The notes under the pieces were generated by a model. That model was not told the DNA's origin. It saw only the letters and a list, made by a program, of their open reading frames with translations, and made no database searches. From the NCBI GenBank assembly GCA_963843145.1, contig CAWJJC010000022.1:64001-128000 (forward strand): a stretch of 64,000 nucleotides of DNA, in the 5' to 3' direction. The stretch comes from an uncultured delta proteobacterium (GTDB taxonomy: Bacteria; Desulfobacterota; RBG-13-43-22). Position numbers and translations under genes: made by a program. Shown here piece by piece: positions 20,323-29,763 of this stretch. Position 1 is the stretch's first letter. Each line of letters opens with the position of its first letter.

Positions 20323-20895
20323 ATGGATCAAGATTTTATAGTCGCGGAAATGGGCGAAAAGCCGGAGATTAAAGGGGAGCACCTGGTTGAAGAGGTTACC
20401 GCCCAGGAGGTCAATATAACCCACAGCGGCGTCCAGGATGTGCGGGCGGCCACCGTGACCCTGCGGCAGGCAGGCGCCCGCTCGGTAAGCGCCGATCACC
20501 TGACCATCAAGCAGGGAGGAGCCGTAAAAGCCGAGGCCGAAAACCTGGAAATGACCCAGGGATGCCTGGTCGCGGCCAAGACCAAAACGGCCAAGCTGAA
20601 CACCTCCATGGCGACCCTGCTTGTTGCCCAGGGCGACGTAGAGATGGAGCAGTCCGGCGCCCAATTGCTTTTGGCCAAAGGAGAGGTGAAAATGGACCAG
20701 AGTGGAGCGGTCATTCTGGTTTCCAGAAGTGTCAAGGCGGAACATTCCGGGGTCACCTTTTTAATAGCCCGTGAGGTTGAAGGAGACCTCAAGGTCTCCT
20801 TTGGTCCCAGGGAGTCTTTTGTTTTCGGCACCGTAGCCGGCCTGGTGGGCGGGCTGACGTATTACCTCTTGCGCCGGCTGCAGCCAGGGAGATGA
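20323..20895 (+). CDS. Hypothetical beta-solenoid repeat protein with C-terminal membrane anchor
   Basis: About eight 15-16 aa repeats (V-x-M-x-Q-S-G-A) and a hydrophobic C-terminus followed by RR; SD GGAGG. Confidence 0.75.
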   Translation: MDQDFIVAEMGEKPEIKGEHLVEEVTAQEVNITHSGVQDVRAATVTLRQAGARSVSADHLTIKQGGAVKAEAENLEMTQGCLVAAKTKTAKLNTSMATLLVAQGDVEMEQSGAQLLLAKGEVKMDQSGAVILVSRSVKAEHSGVTFLIAREVEGDLKVSFGPRESFVFGTVAGLVGGLTYYLLRRLQPGR

Positions 20896-20965
20896 AAAGC
20901 CGTGACTTGGCCAGCGGGTGTTGTTTGAAATCGGCTAAAGTTTCCTTCCCGGCGGGTATTGAAAC

Positions 20966-23188
20966 TTGACCCGGCCCCGGATCCAAGACCTCAGCCTTAA
21001 ATGGAAATTGGTCATTCCCTTTCTTTTCCTCGCGGCCATGGGGGCGGCCGCCCTGTTTGTTGTTTCCTATCGGTTCCAGGCCAGCCTGATCCAGGTTAAT
21101 GAAGACACGCGGCTGAGAAATCTTTATCAGGTCTTCTTAAACGACATTGAATCGCGAAAAAATGCAGCCCTGAGTCTGGCCTACCTGACCGCCAAAAATC
21201 CGGAGGTGGCCGAGGCCCTGGCCCGAAGGGACCGAAACCGTTTGATCACCCTGCTGTATCCCGCTTATCAGATCCTGGAAAGAGATTTCGGGGTCAGGCA
21301 GTTTCACTTCCACCTTCCCCCGGCCACCTCGTTTTTGCGGCTTCACGCCCTGGGCCGGTACGGGGAAAAAATGGAGGCCTACCGGCCGACGATCAACCGG
21401 GTCCGGGAGACCGGAGTCGGGGTGGGCGGGATCGAACGGGGGGTCCTGGGCTTGAGCATCCGCAGTGTGGCACCTGTTTTTTATCAGGGCCGCCAGATCG
21501 GGACGGTGGAATTCGGGCTCTCCCTGGAGAAGCCGCTTTTAAATGAATTTAAGAAGAATTATGGTTCGGACGTCGTTCTCTATATCCAAGAAAAACCTGA
21601 GCAAGATGGGCCCAAAGTCTTTGCCTCCACCCTGGAGCAGACCTTCCTGCCTAAGAAACTTTTCAGTCGATTGCTGGCTTCCGGGGAGGTGGTATTTCAA
21701 CCGGAGTTTCTTGGAAACCGTAAGATGGCCTCTATCATCGGACCGGTCCGGGACTTTTCCACCAAGATTATCGGGGTGGTGAAAATAAGCGTTGATCGAA
21801 GCCCGACCCTCTCCTTGCTCAATCGATATGCCTTTCTGGCCGCCGGGCTCGGTCTCCTCGGGTTGGCCGCCTCCATTTGCTTTGTCTGGTTTATTTCCGT
21901 TGCCTTTACTCGGCGGATTGGTGAGGTGGTCAAGGGTGCCGACGAAATCGCCTCCGGCCGTCGCGATACCCGCCTGGCCATAAAGAGCGGGGATGAACTG
22001 GGAGTCATGGCCCGGGCCATTAACCAGATGTTGGCATCTTTGGAGACTTCACAATCTCATCTCCAAGAGTATGCCCAAAACCTGGAGTCTATGGTCGAAC
22101 AGCGGACACGGAGCCTGAAAGAATCCGAGAAGACCTACCGGACCCTGGTGGAAAATGTCCCCCTTATCGTCTATATGATTCAACCGGATGGGACCACGGC
22201 TTTTTTGAACCGTTCGGTTGAACAGATCCTCGGCGCGCCTCCTCAACAGATGAATGGTCGGTATGATATATGGACCGGTTACATCCATCCGGAAGACCGC
22301 GATCGCATCGTTGCCCTAAGGGAAAACTGCCTGAGGGATAGAAAAGAACTTCACACGGAATACCGGATGGTTCATAAGGGAGGCGCCGTGGTCCATGTTT
22401 TTGAACACGCGGTTCCCGTTTACGATGAGGAAAAGAATTTTATTCGGATGGACGGTATCGTGGTTGACGTTACGGTGAACAAAGAACTGCAGGAGAAGAT
22501 CCTTCAGGCCCAGGAACTGGAAACCCTGGGGCAGATTTCGGCCCGGATGGCCCATGAAGTGCGCAACCCACTCACTGCGATCGGCGGACTGGCCAGGCGC
22601 TTGGTTAAATCCTTCGAACCCTCGGATCCCAGGTTGGAAAAAGGCCGACTGATCGTCGACCAGGTTCAAAAACTCGAAAAGATATTGCAAATGATGCTCG
22701 CCTATATTGAACCTCCCTCGATCCGCTTGCAGCCCGGAGACCTTAACCTGGCAGTCACCCGAGCTATTGCCGGCCTTCGAACGGAAAACCCGCCTGACGG
22801 TTTTTCCGTCAGAACCACCCTGGACCAGGATCTGGGTCTGATAAAGCTGGACCAGGACTTGTTGGAAGAAACACTGACGCACTTGCTGGAACACGCCCGG
22901 CAGCATATGGGGGGGAAAGGCGAACTAGAAGTGGCCACCCGCAAGAATGGAGCCCAGGCAACCGTAACGCTGGGTTACCCGGTACCCAGCCTTTCCGAGG
23001 AGGATCTGGAGCATTTTTTCTATCCCTTTGCCCTGGACGCCTCTCCGGAAAAAGGGGGCCTGGGAACCGAGCGGGGGGACGTTTCCCTGGTCAAAATCGT
23101 TATTCACCGGCACGGCGGCGTGATCAACGTCAGCAAAGAAAATGGTGACCGGATAAAAATCACCATCTCCCTTCCTCGGGCTTCCTAA
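20966..23188 (+). CDS. Cache-HAMP-PAS sensor histidine kinase with degenerate ATPase domain
   Basis: QFHFH...SFLRLH Cache motif, HAMP DELG, PAS IHPED, AHEVRNPL H-box; N/G1 boxes altered. Confidence 0.85.
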   Translation: MTRPRIQDLSLKWKLVIPFLFLAAMGAAALFVVSYRFQASLIQVNEDTRLRNLYQVFLNDIESRKNAALSLAYLTAKNPEVAEALARRDRNRLITLLYPAYQILERDFGVRQFHFHLPPATSFLRLHALGRYGEKMEAYRPTINRVRETGVGVGGIERGVLGLSIRSVAPVFYQGRQIGTVEFGLSLEKPLLNEFKKNYGSDVVLYIQEKPEQDGPKVFASTLEQTFLPKKLFSRLLASGEVVFQPEFLGNRKMASIIGPVRDFSTKIIGVVKISVDRSPTLSLLNRYAFLAAGLGLLGLAASICFVWFISVAFTRRIGEVVKGADEIASGRRDTRLAIKSGDELGVMARAINQMLASLETSQSHLQEYAQNLESMVEQRTRSLKESEKTYRTLVENVPLIVYMIQPDGTTAFLNRSVEQILGAPPQQMNGRYDIWTGYIHPEDRDRIVALRENCLRDRKELHTEYRMVHKGGAVVHVFEHAVPVYDEEKNFIRMDGIVVDVTVNKELQEKILQAQELETLGQISARMAHEVRNPLTAIGGLARRLVKSFEPSDPRLEKGRLIVDQVQKLEKILQMMLAYIEPPSIRLQPGDLNLAVTRAIAGLRTENPPDGFSVRTTLDQDLGLIKLDQDLLEETLTHLLEHARQHMGGKGELEVATRKNGAQATVTLGYPVPSLSEEDLEHFFYPFALDASPEKGGLGTERGDVSLVKIVIHRHGGVINVSKENGDRIKITISLPRAS

Positions 23189-23310
23189 AAATCCCGTACC
23201 GCCAAGGAGACGTCAGACCCCCGGTTGCCTCAGGGGTCCGTATCGAGGTGCAAGCACCTAAAAGAGTAATCGGGGGAAGTCTTCTTTTAGAGAGGGAAAG
23301 GAGAGAGGTT

Positions 23311-24216
23311 ATGGCTGATGTTAGAAGCCGGGTGGTGTTGGTGAAGACCAGTGATCGCCAGGAAGGGGTGAAGGCCTCCATCCGGGCCTTGGAGCTCAAC
23401 CCGGTCAAGGGGAAGGCTGTTCTGATTAAACCCAATTTCAACACCGCCGATGCCCCCCCGGGGTCCACCCATAACGATACGCTGGTTGCCCTGGTGGAAG
23501 AACTGTGGGCCATGGGGGCCAAGTCGATCAGCCTCGGGGAGCGGAGCTACCCGCCAACAAAAGAAGTCATGGAGGAGAAGGGAATCCCGCAACTCCTGGA
23601 GCGGTTGCAGGTCAAGATCATCGATTTTGACGAACTGTCCCAGAAGGATTGGGTGGAAGTGGTCCCCAGGGAAAGCCACTGGAAGAGAGGGTTCCGTGTC
23701 GCCCGGCCGGTGCTTGAAGCTGAATGCTTGGTTTCCACCGGGTGCCTGAAGACCCACCAGTACGGCGGCGTCTTCACCCTCTCCCTGAAGCTGCACGTGG
23801 GGGTGGTGCCCACCTCCCGCCAGGGGTTCGACTACATGAAGGAACTTCACACTTCTCCCTTTCAGCGGAAGCTGATCGCTGAGATCAACCAAGCCTTCAA
23901 ACCGGCCCTGGTGGTTATGGACGGAGTGGAGGTCTTCGTGGACGGCGGTCCAATGACTGGAAAGTTGGCCAAGGGAGAGGTTTTTCTGGCTTCCGCCGAC
24001 CGGGTAGCCGTCGACGCCGTCGGGGTGGCCGTGTTAAAGTTCCTGGGGAGTAATCCGTCGATAATGAAGACCAGAATTTTCGATCAGGAGCAGATCGCCC
24101 GGGCCGTGGAACTCGGGCTGGGGGCACCATCTTCAGAGGCCGTTGAACTGATTGCGGTCGATGAAAAGAGCCGTCTGGTTCGGGACCAGATCTGGGAGGT
24201 TCTCCAGCAAGGCTGA
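23311..24216 (+). CDS. DUF362 domain protein
   Basis: VLIKPNFN, LKTH, TLSLK, DRVAVDAVG. Confidence 0.88.
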   Translation: MADVRSRVVLVKTSDRQEGVKASIRALELNPVKGKAVLIKPNFNTADAPPGSTHNDTLVALVEELWAMGAKSISLGERSYPPTKEVMEEKGIPQLLERLQVKIIDFDELSQKDWVEVVPRESHWKRGFRVARPVLEAECLVSTGCLKTHQYGGVFTLSLKLHVGVVPTSRQGFDYMKELHTSPFQRKLIAEINQAFKPALVVMDGVEVFVDGGPMTGKLAKGEVFLASADRVAVDAVGVAVLKFLGSNPSIMKTRIFDQEQIARAVELGLGAPSSEAVELIAVDEKSRLVRDQIWEVLQQG

Positions 24217-24314
24217 TGAGGTAATCCGTCAGTACTTCCAGATAATGGAGATCGCCATTGCTGGGCTGAAAATAGGGTTAGCATTATTAGGCCCGGCGGG
24301 GTGGTCTTTCCCGG

Positions 24315-24710
24315 TTAGGTACGGTTTTCGTCCAAGGGCGGGGCGCCCTCCAGGTCTTCATAGGCTTCGGGGATGAAGCGAGGGGTGCAGAGGCAGAGAA
24401 AAATCAAATCCTGCTGACCGGTATTGGTGATTCGCTGGCGGCAGTCCGGCGGGATCAGCACCACGTCACCGGGGTTCACTTCCCGCGGGGGCAGGCTGCC
24501 GACCTCCACGCGCCCCTTTCCTTCCAGGATGAGATAGCGCTCAGCGGTCTTCCGGACCCGATGCCAGCGGGTGGCCTTGCCCGGGGCGAGCCGGGCCCGG
24601 GCGATGGACGCCGCCGGATCGTCAGGGGTGTTGGACAATTCCAGTATATAGCAGCCTTCGGGTGTAAAATATTCCCGAAGGGGATCGAAGGGGAAAACCG
24701 TTTCTTTCAT
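24315..24710 (-). CDS. Cupin domain protein
   Basis: WHRV...ERYLILEGKG...PGDVVLIPP. Confidence 0.88.
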   Translation of the reverse strand: MKETVFPFDPLREYFTPEGCYILELSNTPDDPAASIARARLAPGKATRWHRVRKTAERYLILEGKGRVEVGSLPPREVNPGDVVLIPPDCRQRITNTGQQDLIFLCLCTPRFIPEAYEDLEGAPPLDENRT

Positions 24711-24732
24711 TTTTTTTAGGAGTGGTATCGTT

Positions 24733-25434
24733 TTAAGCCCTCTGGGTAAGGGCCAGGAGCCAGCGGTGCAGGGGGAGCATATTTTTATAATGATCGAAAC
24801 AGAAATCCACCAGGCCGGCGGAAAAAACCTTCGGGGTAATTGCGAAGTCCACGGCCGCGTGGAGGCCGTTGTAGAGAAGGAACTCCGCCCGGGGATGTTT
24901 AGGGTCGTAGCCGGACGGTATTTTTTTATAGTGCTTTCCGCCTATCTGATAGTTTCCCGTCACTTTGACCTTGGCTAATGCCTGGTCCAGGGCTTTTCCC
25001 TCCCGGGGATGGACCACGGATTGCCGATAAGGTTCCACCATATCCCTGGGAAAACAGTAGAGCCCCGTTCCCAATAAAATTTTGGCTGGTTCCAGGTGAA
25101 AGTAAAAACCGGAACACTCCATCCGCGGGCGGGATCCTTCCCAGAACCAGAGGGCCAGATGGGTCTTGTAGGGGGTTTTATCATGGCGGAAGCGGGTATC
25201 CCGGTTGATGCGGAAAAGGGTCTTGTTCACCCGCGGATCGGCCTGGATCCCGGGGGCGATGCTCTTTAACCGGTTTCCCAGGGCGACGATAAAATCCCGG
25301 GCCGGACCAAGGACATAGCGCTCATAGTCTTCCCGATGGTCATCAAACCACAGCTTGTTGTTGTTTTCGGCGAGCGCTTTAAAAAAAGTAAGTCCCCTTG
25401 GCGGGAAACCGGTGAAGGACGGGGGAGGATTCAT
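24733..25434 (-). CDS. DUF2461 family protein
   Basis: FFKALAENNNKLWF, FRINRDTRF..DKTPYK, GFYFHLEP. Confidence 0.9.
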   Translation of the reverse strand: MNPPPSFTGFPPRGLTFFKALAENNNKLWFDDHREDYERYVLGPARDFIVALGNRLKSIAPGIQADPRVNKTLFRINRDTRFRHDKTPYKTHLALWFWEGSRPRMECSGFYFHLEPAKILLGTGLYCFPRDMVEPYRQSVVHPREGKALDQALAKVKVTGNYQIGGKHYKKIPSGYDPKHPRAEFLLYNGLHAAVDFAITPKVFSAGLVDFCFDHYKNMLPLHRWLLALTQRA

Positions 25435-25464
25435 GGCGTATCCTTTCCAGAGGCGAAGGTTCCT

Positions 25465-25712
25465 GATCAATAATTTTTTTCAATTATCGGTAATCCGTTG
25501 CTGGCAATCAGGGGAGATTATAACCACATCTCCCGGCCCAACCTCTTAAGGCGGCAGGTCACCGTTCTCCACCCGTCCCTTCCAGAATGGCATAGCGTCA
25601 ACCGCGTTTCGAACCCGGTGCCAACGGGTCCGAGCCCGGGCGATGGAGGCCTGCGGGTCAGAGGGGTGTTGGCCGGCCCAAGGATGTAGCCGTCGTCGGT
25701 GGCGAGAAATTC
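25465..25712 (-). pseudogene. Decayed paralog of the cupin gene at 24315-24710
   Basis: Frameshifted fragments DPQASIARARTRWHRVR / RYAILEG / GRVENGDLPP*EVGPGDVVIISPDCQQRIT match the intact cupin DPAASIARARLAPGKATRWHRVR...PGDVVLIPPDCRQRIT. Confidence 0.85.
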
Positions 25713-26119
25713 TACTGGCTGACTCTTTTTTCGAGCACGGGAAAAATATCCGTCTGCTGGAAATCACCGCCCTTAAAAAGAAGGGTTTGACCGGAATATT
25801 TAGCCAGGGCATAGGAGCAACAATCTCCGCTGTTGAGTCCGGCAGGATGATTTCCTTTTCCATATTGGCGCCAGGCCGACCGGGCCAATTCCGCCTGATC
25901 ACCAGTCAAGGCCACGGTTTCTATTTGGGCCCGGTGCAATAGGAGATCCAGTTCGCGTCCTCCCGCCTCACCCTTTTTGGCCTCGATGACGATGGCTGTC
26001 TCCAATAAGGTGAAGGCGCTTATCAAACGCCGGTGATCCCCTGTGATGGCCCGGGCGAAAATTTCTGCTTCGGGCTCATTGAGCAGAATGGCGATCAGCG
26101 CGGAGGAGTCGATCACCAT
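25712..26119 (-). CDS. vapC: VapC PIN-domain toxin
   Basis: MVIDSSALIAIL...HPAGLNSGDCCSYALA...LLFKGGDF. Confidence 0.93.
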   Translation of the reverse strand: MVIDSSALIAILLNEPEAEIFARAITGDHRRLISAFTLLETAIVIEAKKGEAGGRELDLLLHRAQIETVALTGDQAELARSAWRQYGKGNHPAGLNSGDCCSYALAKYSGQTLLFKGGDFQQTDIFPVLEKRVSQ

Positions 26120-26373
26120 TACCGAGGCACCCCCTGCTGGTCATACCCCAAAATTTCTTCCGCTGAACGTAGGTCCATGTCAGGCAAGCTGCCGCAGCGG
26201 CGAGCGATCTTCATAAGCTCGACCTCCAGATCCGGCGAAGATCTTTGACCATGGAGACGTTCCAGGCGATCTTCCAGGGCTTGAATAATCGCCTGGGTTA
26301 TATTCTCCCCACTTTCAGTAGCCACCTCACGGGCCAGCTTTTCGGCCCGCGGATTGCGAATGCTTAGAGCCAT
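26119..26373 (-). CDS. vapB: VapB antitoxin (Rv0623-like)
   Basis: MALSIRNPRAEKLAREVA..TGE..TQAI...EEILGYD; translationally coupled to vapC. Confidence 0.9.
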   Translation of the reverse strand: MALSIRNPRAEKLAREVATESGENITQAIIQALEDRLERLHGQRSSPDLEVELMKIARRCGSLPDMDLRSAEEILGYDQQGVPR

Positions 26374-26457
26374 TTGGTCTCCCTTTAGAGTATATAAAAT
26401 ATAAATCAATATATATTATTGAAATATTTTAGTCAAGATTCCACGCCATTTGCTGCG

Positions 26458-26481
26458 AAGGGGAGGCCGTGGCCTCCCCTT
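26458..26481 (-). terminator. Hairpin downstream of amtB
   Basis: AAGGGGAGGCC-GT-GGCCTCCCCTT. Confidence 0.55.
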
Positions 26482-26516
26482 GTAAGGGCAACAAACTGAA
26501 GCGTCAAATTCCTGTC

Positions 26517-27839
26517 TTATCCCAAGAAACCATAGCCTTGTTCTCCATGGAGGCTTTGATCCATCCCGACCATTTCGTCCTGTTCATCCAGACGAAAGCC
26601 CATCATTTTGTTGACCAGCCAGACTAAAAGCAAAGTGAGCAACCCGGCATAAAGGATGGTGACGGCCATACCGGCAGCCTGAACGCCCAGTTGATTAAAA
26701 GAATCCCAGCTTCCACCGGCCTTCCGGGCGGCTTCGACCATCCAGCTCGGCCGGATGAAGAAGGACAGAAGGAGCACGCCAAGACCGCTGCCGACGCCGT
26801 GAACCCCGAAGACGTCGAGGGTGTCATCGTAGCCGAGTTTGTACTTCATGAGGATGGCCCCATAGCAGACCAGAGATGAAAGCGCCCCCAGAATTACGGC
26901 CCCGTACGGCAAAACCACCCCGGCCGCGGGGGTAATCACCACCAGGCCGGCCAGGATCCCGGTAACAAAACCCAGAGAAGTGGCTTTGCGAAGGTGCAGG
27001 GCTTCGATCAGCATCCAGGTTAAGGCCCCGGACGCCGCCGAGATCTGGGTCATGGTTAAGGCCCGGGCCGTATGCAGGCCGCTGGAAATGGTGCTCCCGG
27101 CATTGAATCCAAACCAGCCGACCCACAAGAGTCCCGCGCCGATCATGGTCATAACCAAGTTGTTCGGAGTGGCGGAGAGGCGCGGGTACCCTTTCCGGGC
27201 TCCCAAGAATAACACGGCCACCAGGGCGCTCACTCCGGCGGAAACGTGGATCACGGTGCCGCCGGCCAGGTCGATAATCCCCCGGGCCCCCATTGTAAAA
27301 AGGAAGCCATCCTCCGCCCAGACCCAATGGCACAGGGGACAGTATACCAGAAGAAACCAAAGGGTAATAAAAACACAGTAACTGCGAAAACGGACCCTTT
27401 CGGCAAAGGCCCCGGCGATCAAGGCCGGAGTGATGATGGCAAATTTGCCTTGAAACATGGCCACCACGTATTCGGGAACCCCGGCGGGATGAATGGCCTC
27501 GTCAATCCCTTTCAGAAAAAAGTAGTCCGGATTCCAACCGATCCAGCCCCCCAATATATTTTTTCCGAAGGACAGGGCGTATCCGCAGACCGCCCAGAGG
27601 ACCCCGATAATGGCCATGGAAACAAAACTATGCATCATGGTCCCCAGGACATTCTTGGTCCGGACCAGGCCGCCGTAAAACATGGCCAGTCCGGGAACCA
27701 TCAAAAGGACCAGCCCGGTAGAAATCAGCATCCAGGCGGTAGAACCAGTGTCAATCGGGATTTTGTCGGCGGAAAAAGCGATTTCCGGTAAACCCCATAA
27801 AGGCCAAAATAACAGGAAGAGACAACTTTTTCTAATCAT
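26517..27839 (-). CDS. amtB: Ammonium transporter
   Basis: PGLAMFYGG, FQGKFAIIT, DLAGGTVIH, WFGFNAGS, DDTLDVFGVHG. Confidence 0.96.
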   Translation of the reverse strand: MIRKSCLFLLFWPLWGLPEIAFSADKIPIDTGSTAWMLISTGLVLLMVPGLAMFYGGLVRTKNVLGTMMHSFVSMAIIGVLWAVCGYALSFGKNILGGWIGWNPDYFFLKGIDEAIHPAGVPEYVVAMFQGKFAIITPALIAGAFAERVRFRSYCVFITLWFLLVYCPLCHWVWAEDGFLFTMGARGIIDLAGGTVIHVSAGVSALVAVLFLGARKGYPRLSATPNNLVMTMIGAGLLWVGWFGFNAGSTISSGLHTARALTMTQISAASGALTWMLIEALHLRKATSLGFVTGILAGLVVITPAAGVVLPYGAVILGALSSLVCYGAILMKYKLGYDDTLDVFGVHGVGSGLGVLLLSFFIRPSWMVEAARKAGGSWDSFNQLGVQAAGMAVTILYAGLLTLLLVWLVNKMMGFRLDEQDEMVGMDQSLHGEQGYGFLG

Positions 27840-27874
27840 AAGGATCTCCTTAGTACTATTTCCACCGGTTCCAA

Positions 27875-27890
27875 TGCAAAGGAAATGCCC
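27875..27890 (-). promoter_or_regulatory. Sigma54 -24/-12 promoter of amtB
   Basis: Minus strand GGGCATTTCCTTTGCA; GG and GC at canonical spacing. Confidence 0.7.
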
Positions 27891-27952
27891 GCCGGGGGCT
27901 AATAAAAAAATATAATGATATTAATATATTGTATAGATTGCCTTAATAATAT

Positions 27953-27999
27953 ATTACATTAATGTAATTATATACTAAAAAACAATTACAATAATGTAT
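27953..27999. promoter_or_regulatory. Tandem palindromic activator sites upstream of amtB
   Basis: ATTACATTAATGTAAT (27953-27968, perfect) and ATTACAATAATGTAT (27985-27999), 32 bp apart. Confidence 0.65.
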
Positions 28000-28036
28000 C
28001 TTAATTAGTGGCGACAGGCTCGAAAAAAGGGGTGAC

Positions 28037-28052
28037 TGTTCCACGTGGAACT
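28037..28052. promoter_or_regulatory. parS centromere-like site
   Basis: TGTTCCACGTGGAACT matches the parS consensus TGTTNCACGTGNAACA; about 60 bp upstream of parA. Confidence 0.9.
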
Positions 28053-28115
28053 TTTTAATCGTTGAAAAAAAAATAGTTCTGGCCTAATGATAACAATTAG
28101 AAACAGGGGGTGATT

Positions 28116-28889
28116 ATGGGCAAAGTCATTGCGGTGGTCAATCAAAAGGGGGGGGTGGGTAAGACCGCCACGGTGATCAACTTAGCGGCAGCCTTGGCCC
28201 TGGGTGAAAATAGGACGCTGATCGTGGACTGCGATCCACAGGGAAACGCCAGCAGTGGATTGGGAGTACCGGAAGAGGAGGGCCGACTAACTCTATATCA
28301 TTTATTGACCGGATCCATTCCGCCCGGGGAATTGATTCTCCCTACAGCTTTCCCGTTACTTCAGTTGCTTCCAGCCGATATCAATCTCGTAGGGGCTGAA
28401 ATCGAATTGGTCCAATCTTCTGATCGCGAAGGGGTCCTGAGGGAAAAGATTGCCCCTTTGGTTTCCCGATATGATTTTATTTTACTGGATGCCCCGCCCT
28501 CATTAGGGTTGTTGACCTTAAACGCTCTGACGGCGGCCCAGACCTTGATTGTCCCCACCCAATGTGAATATTATGCCATGGAAGGGCTGAGCAAGCTGCT
28601 TAAAACCGTTGCCCTGGTCCAGCAAAAGCTCAATCCTTCCCTGAGGATCGAGGGAATCCTCTTAACCATGTTTGATTCCCGAAACAACCTATCCAGTCAG
28701 GTGGAAGAAGAAGTCCGGGCGCATTTTGAAGCCCTGGTTTTCAAAACCGTGATTCCCAGAAACGTGCGCATCAGCGAAAGCCCCAGCCACGGGATGCCGG
28801 TAATCCACTACGATCTTCATTCACGCGGGGCCCAAAGCTATTTGGAGTTGGGAAAAGAATTGTTGGAAAGGGGGCAGGTGGATGGTTGA
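28116..28889 (+). CDS. parA: Chromosome partitioning ATPase ParA/Soj
   Basis: NQKGGVGKT, DPQGNA, DAPPSLG, QCEYYAMEG, IPRNVRISESPSHG. Confidence 0.96.
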   Translation: MGKVIAVVNQKGGVGKTATVINLAAALALGENRTLIVDCDPQGNASSGLGVPEEEGRLTLYHLLTGSIPPGELILPTAFPLLQLLPADINLVGAEIELVQSSDREGVLREKIAPLVSRYDFILLDAPPSLGLLTLNALTAAQTLIVPTQCEYYAMEGLSKLLKTVALVQQKLNPSLRIEGILLTMFDSRNNLSSQVEEEVRAHFEALVFKTVIPRNVRISESPSHGMPVIHYDLHSRGAQSYLELGKELLERGQVDG

Positions 28890-29742
28890 AGCGAAACATC
28901 AAAAAAAAGGTTTAGGGAAGGGATTAGGGGCCTTGATTCCCCAGGCGCAACCGGCCCCGGACCTCCGAAAACGGACTTACTTGCTGGTGGGGATTGAGGA
29001 AATCCGGCCAAACCCCTGGCAACCCAGGAAAAAGGTGGGAAGTGCGGCGATAGATCAATTGGCCGAGTCCATCCGGGAGCATGGTATCATCCAACCCCTG
29101 GTAGTCAGGTCAGCGGAAAATGGCTACGAATTGATTGCCGGGGAACGACGCTGGCGGGCGGCTCAAAAGGCAGGCCTTCACGAAGTGCCGGTGGTCATCA
29201 AGGAAACCGACGCGCACCAACAACTGGAATTGGCTCTGATTGAAAATATTCAGCGGCAAAATTTGAATCCCCTGGAGGAAGCGGAGGCTTATCAGCAATT
29301 GCTGGAAGAATTCGGGCTGTCTCAGGAGGAAATCGGGCAAAGGGTAGGAAAGGATCGTTCGACCATTGCCAATTTGTTAAGGATTTTGAAACTCCCTCTT
29401 CAAATTCGGGAAAAAATCCTGGAGGGGCAGTTATCGCTGGGACAGGCCAAGTGTCTGTTAAGCCTGGATTCGTCCCAAGAGCAGTTGGAGTTGGCTGATC
29501 TCATCATCAAACGCGGGCTTTCTGTCCGGGAACTGGAAAAAAGGATCAAAAAGGGGGGGGGCGGAGTGGAACGGAAAAGCCCTCCCTTGGCGGAACGCGA
29601 GGAGGATTGGGTCAAGCCTTTAATACGTCAATACCAAACAAAAGTTCAAGTCAAGAGAGGAAAAAAAGGGGGCCGCATCGAAATTCATTTTCTCTCGGAA
29701 GAAGAATTGATTCGCCTGGTCGACCTTCTGATGCACCGTTAG
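28882..29742 (+). CDS. parB: Chromosome partitioning protein ParB/Spo0J
   Basis: GLGKGLGALI, PNPWQPRK, AGERRWRAA, ENIQRQNLNPLEEA. Confidence 0.96.
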   Translation: MVEAKHQKKGLGKGLGALIPQAQPAPDLRKRTYLLVGIEEIRPNPWQPRKKVGSAAIDQLAESIREHGIIQPLVVRSAENGYELIAGERRWRAAQKAGLHEVPVVIKETDAHQQLELALIENIQRQNLNPLEEAEAYQQLLEEFGLSQEEIGQRVGKDRSTIANLLRILKLPLQIREKILEGQLSLGQAKCLLSLDSSQEQLELADLIIKRGLSVRELEKRIKKGGGGVERKSPPLAEREEDWVKPLIRQYQTKVQVKRGKKGGRIEIHFLSEEELIRLVDLLMHR

Positions 29743-29763
29743 ATATTTTTGGCTGGGGGCAGT

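Noticed and set aside
24240-24290. Possible fluoride riboswitch (ATGGAGATCGCC)
   Set aside because: Lacks the downstream GCUGAUGAC element and has no downstream gene on that strand.
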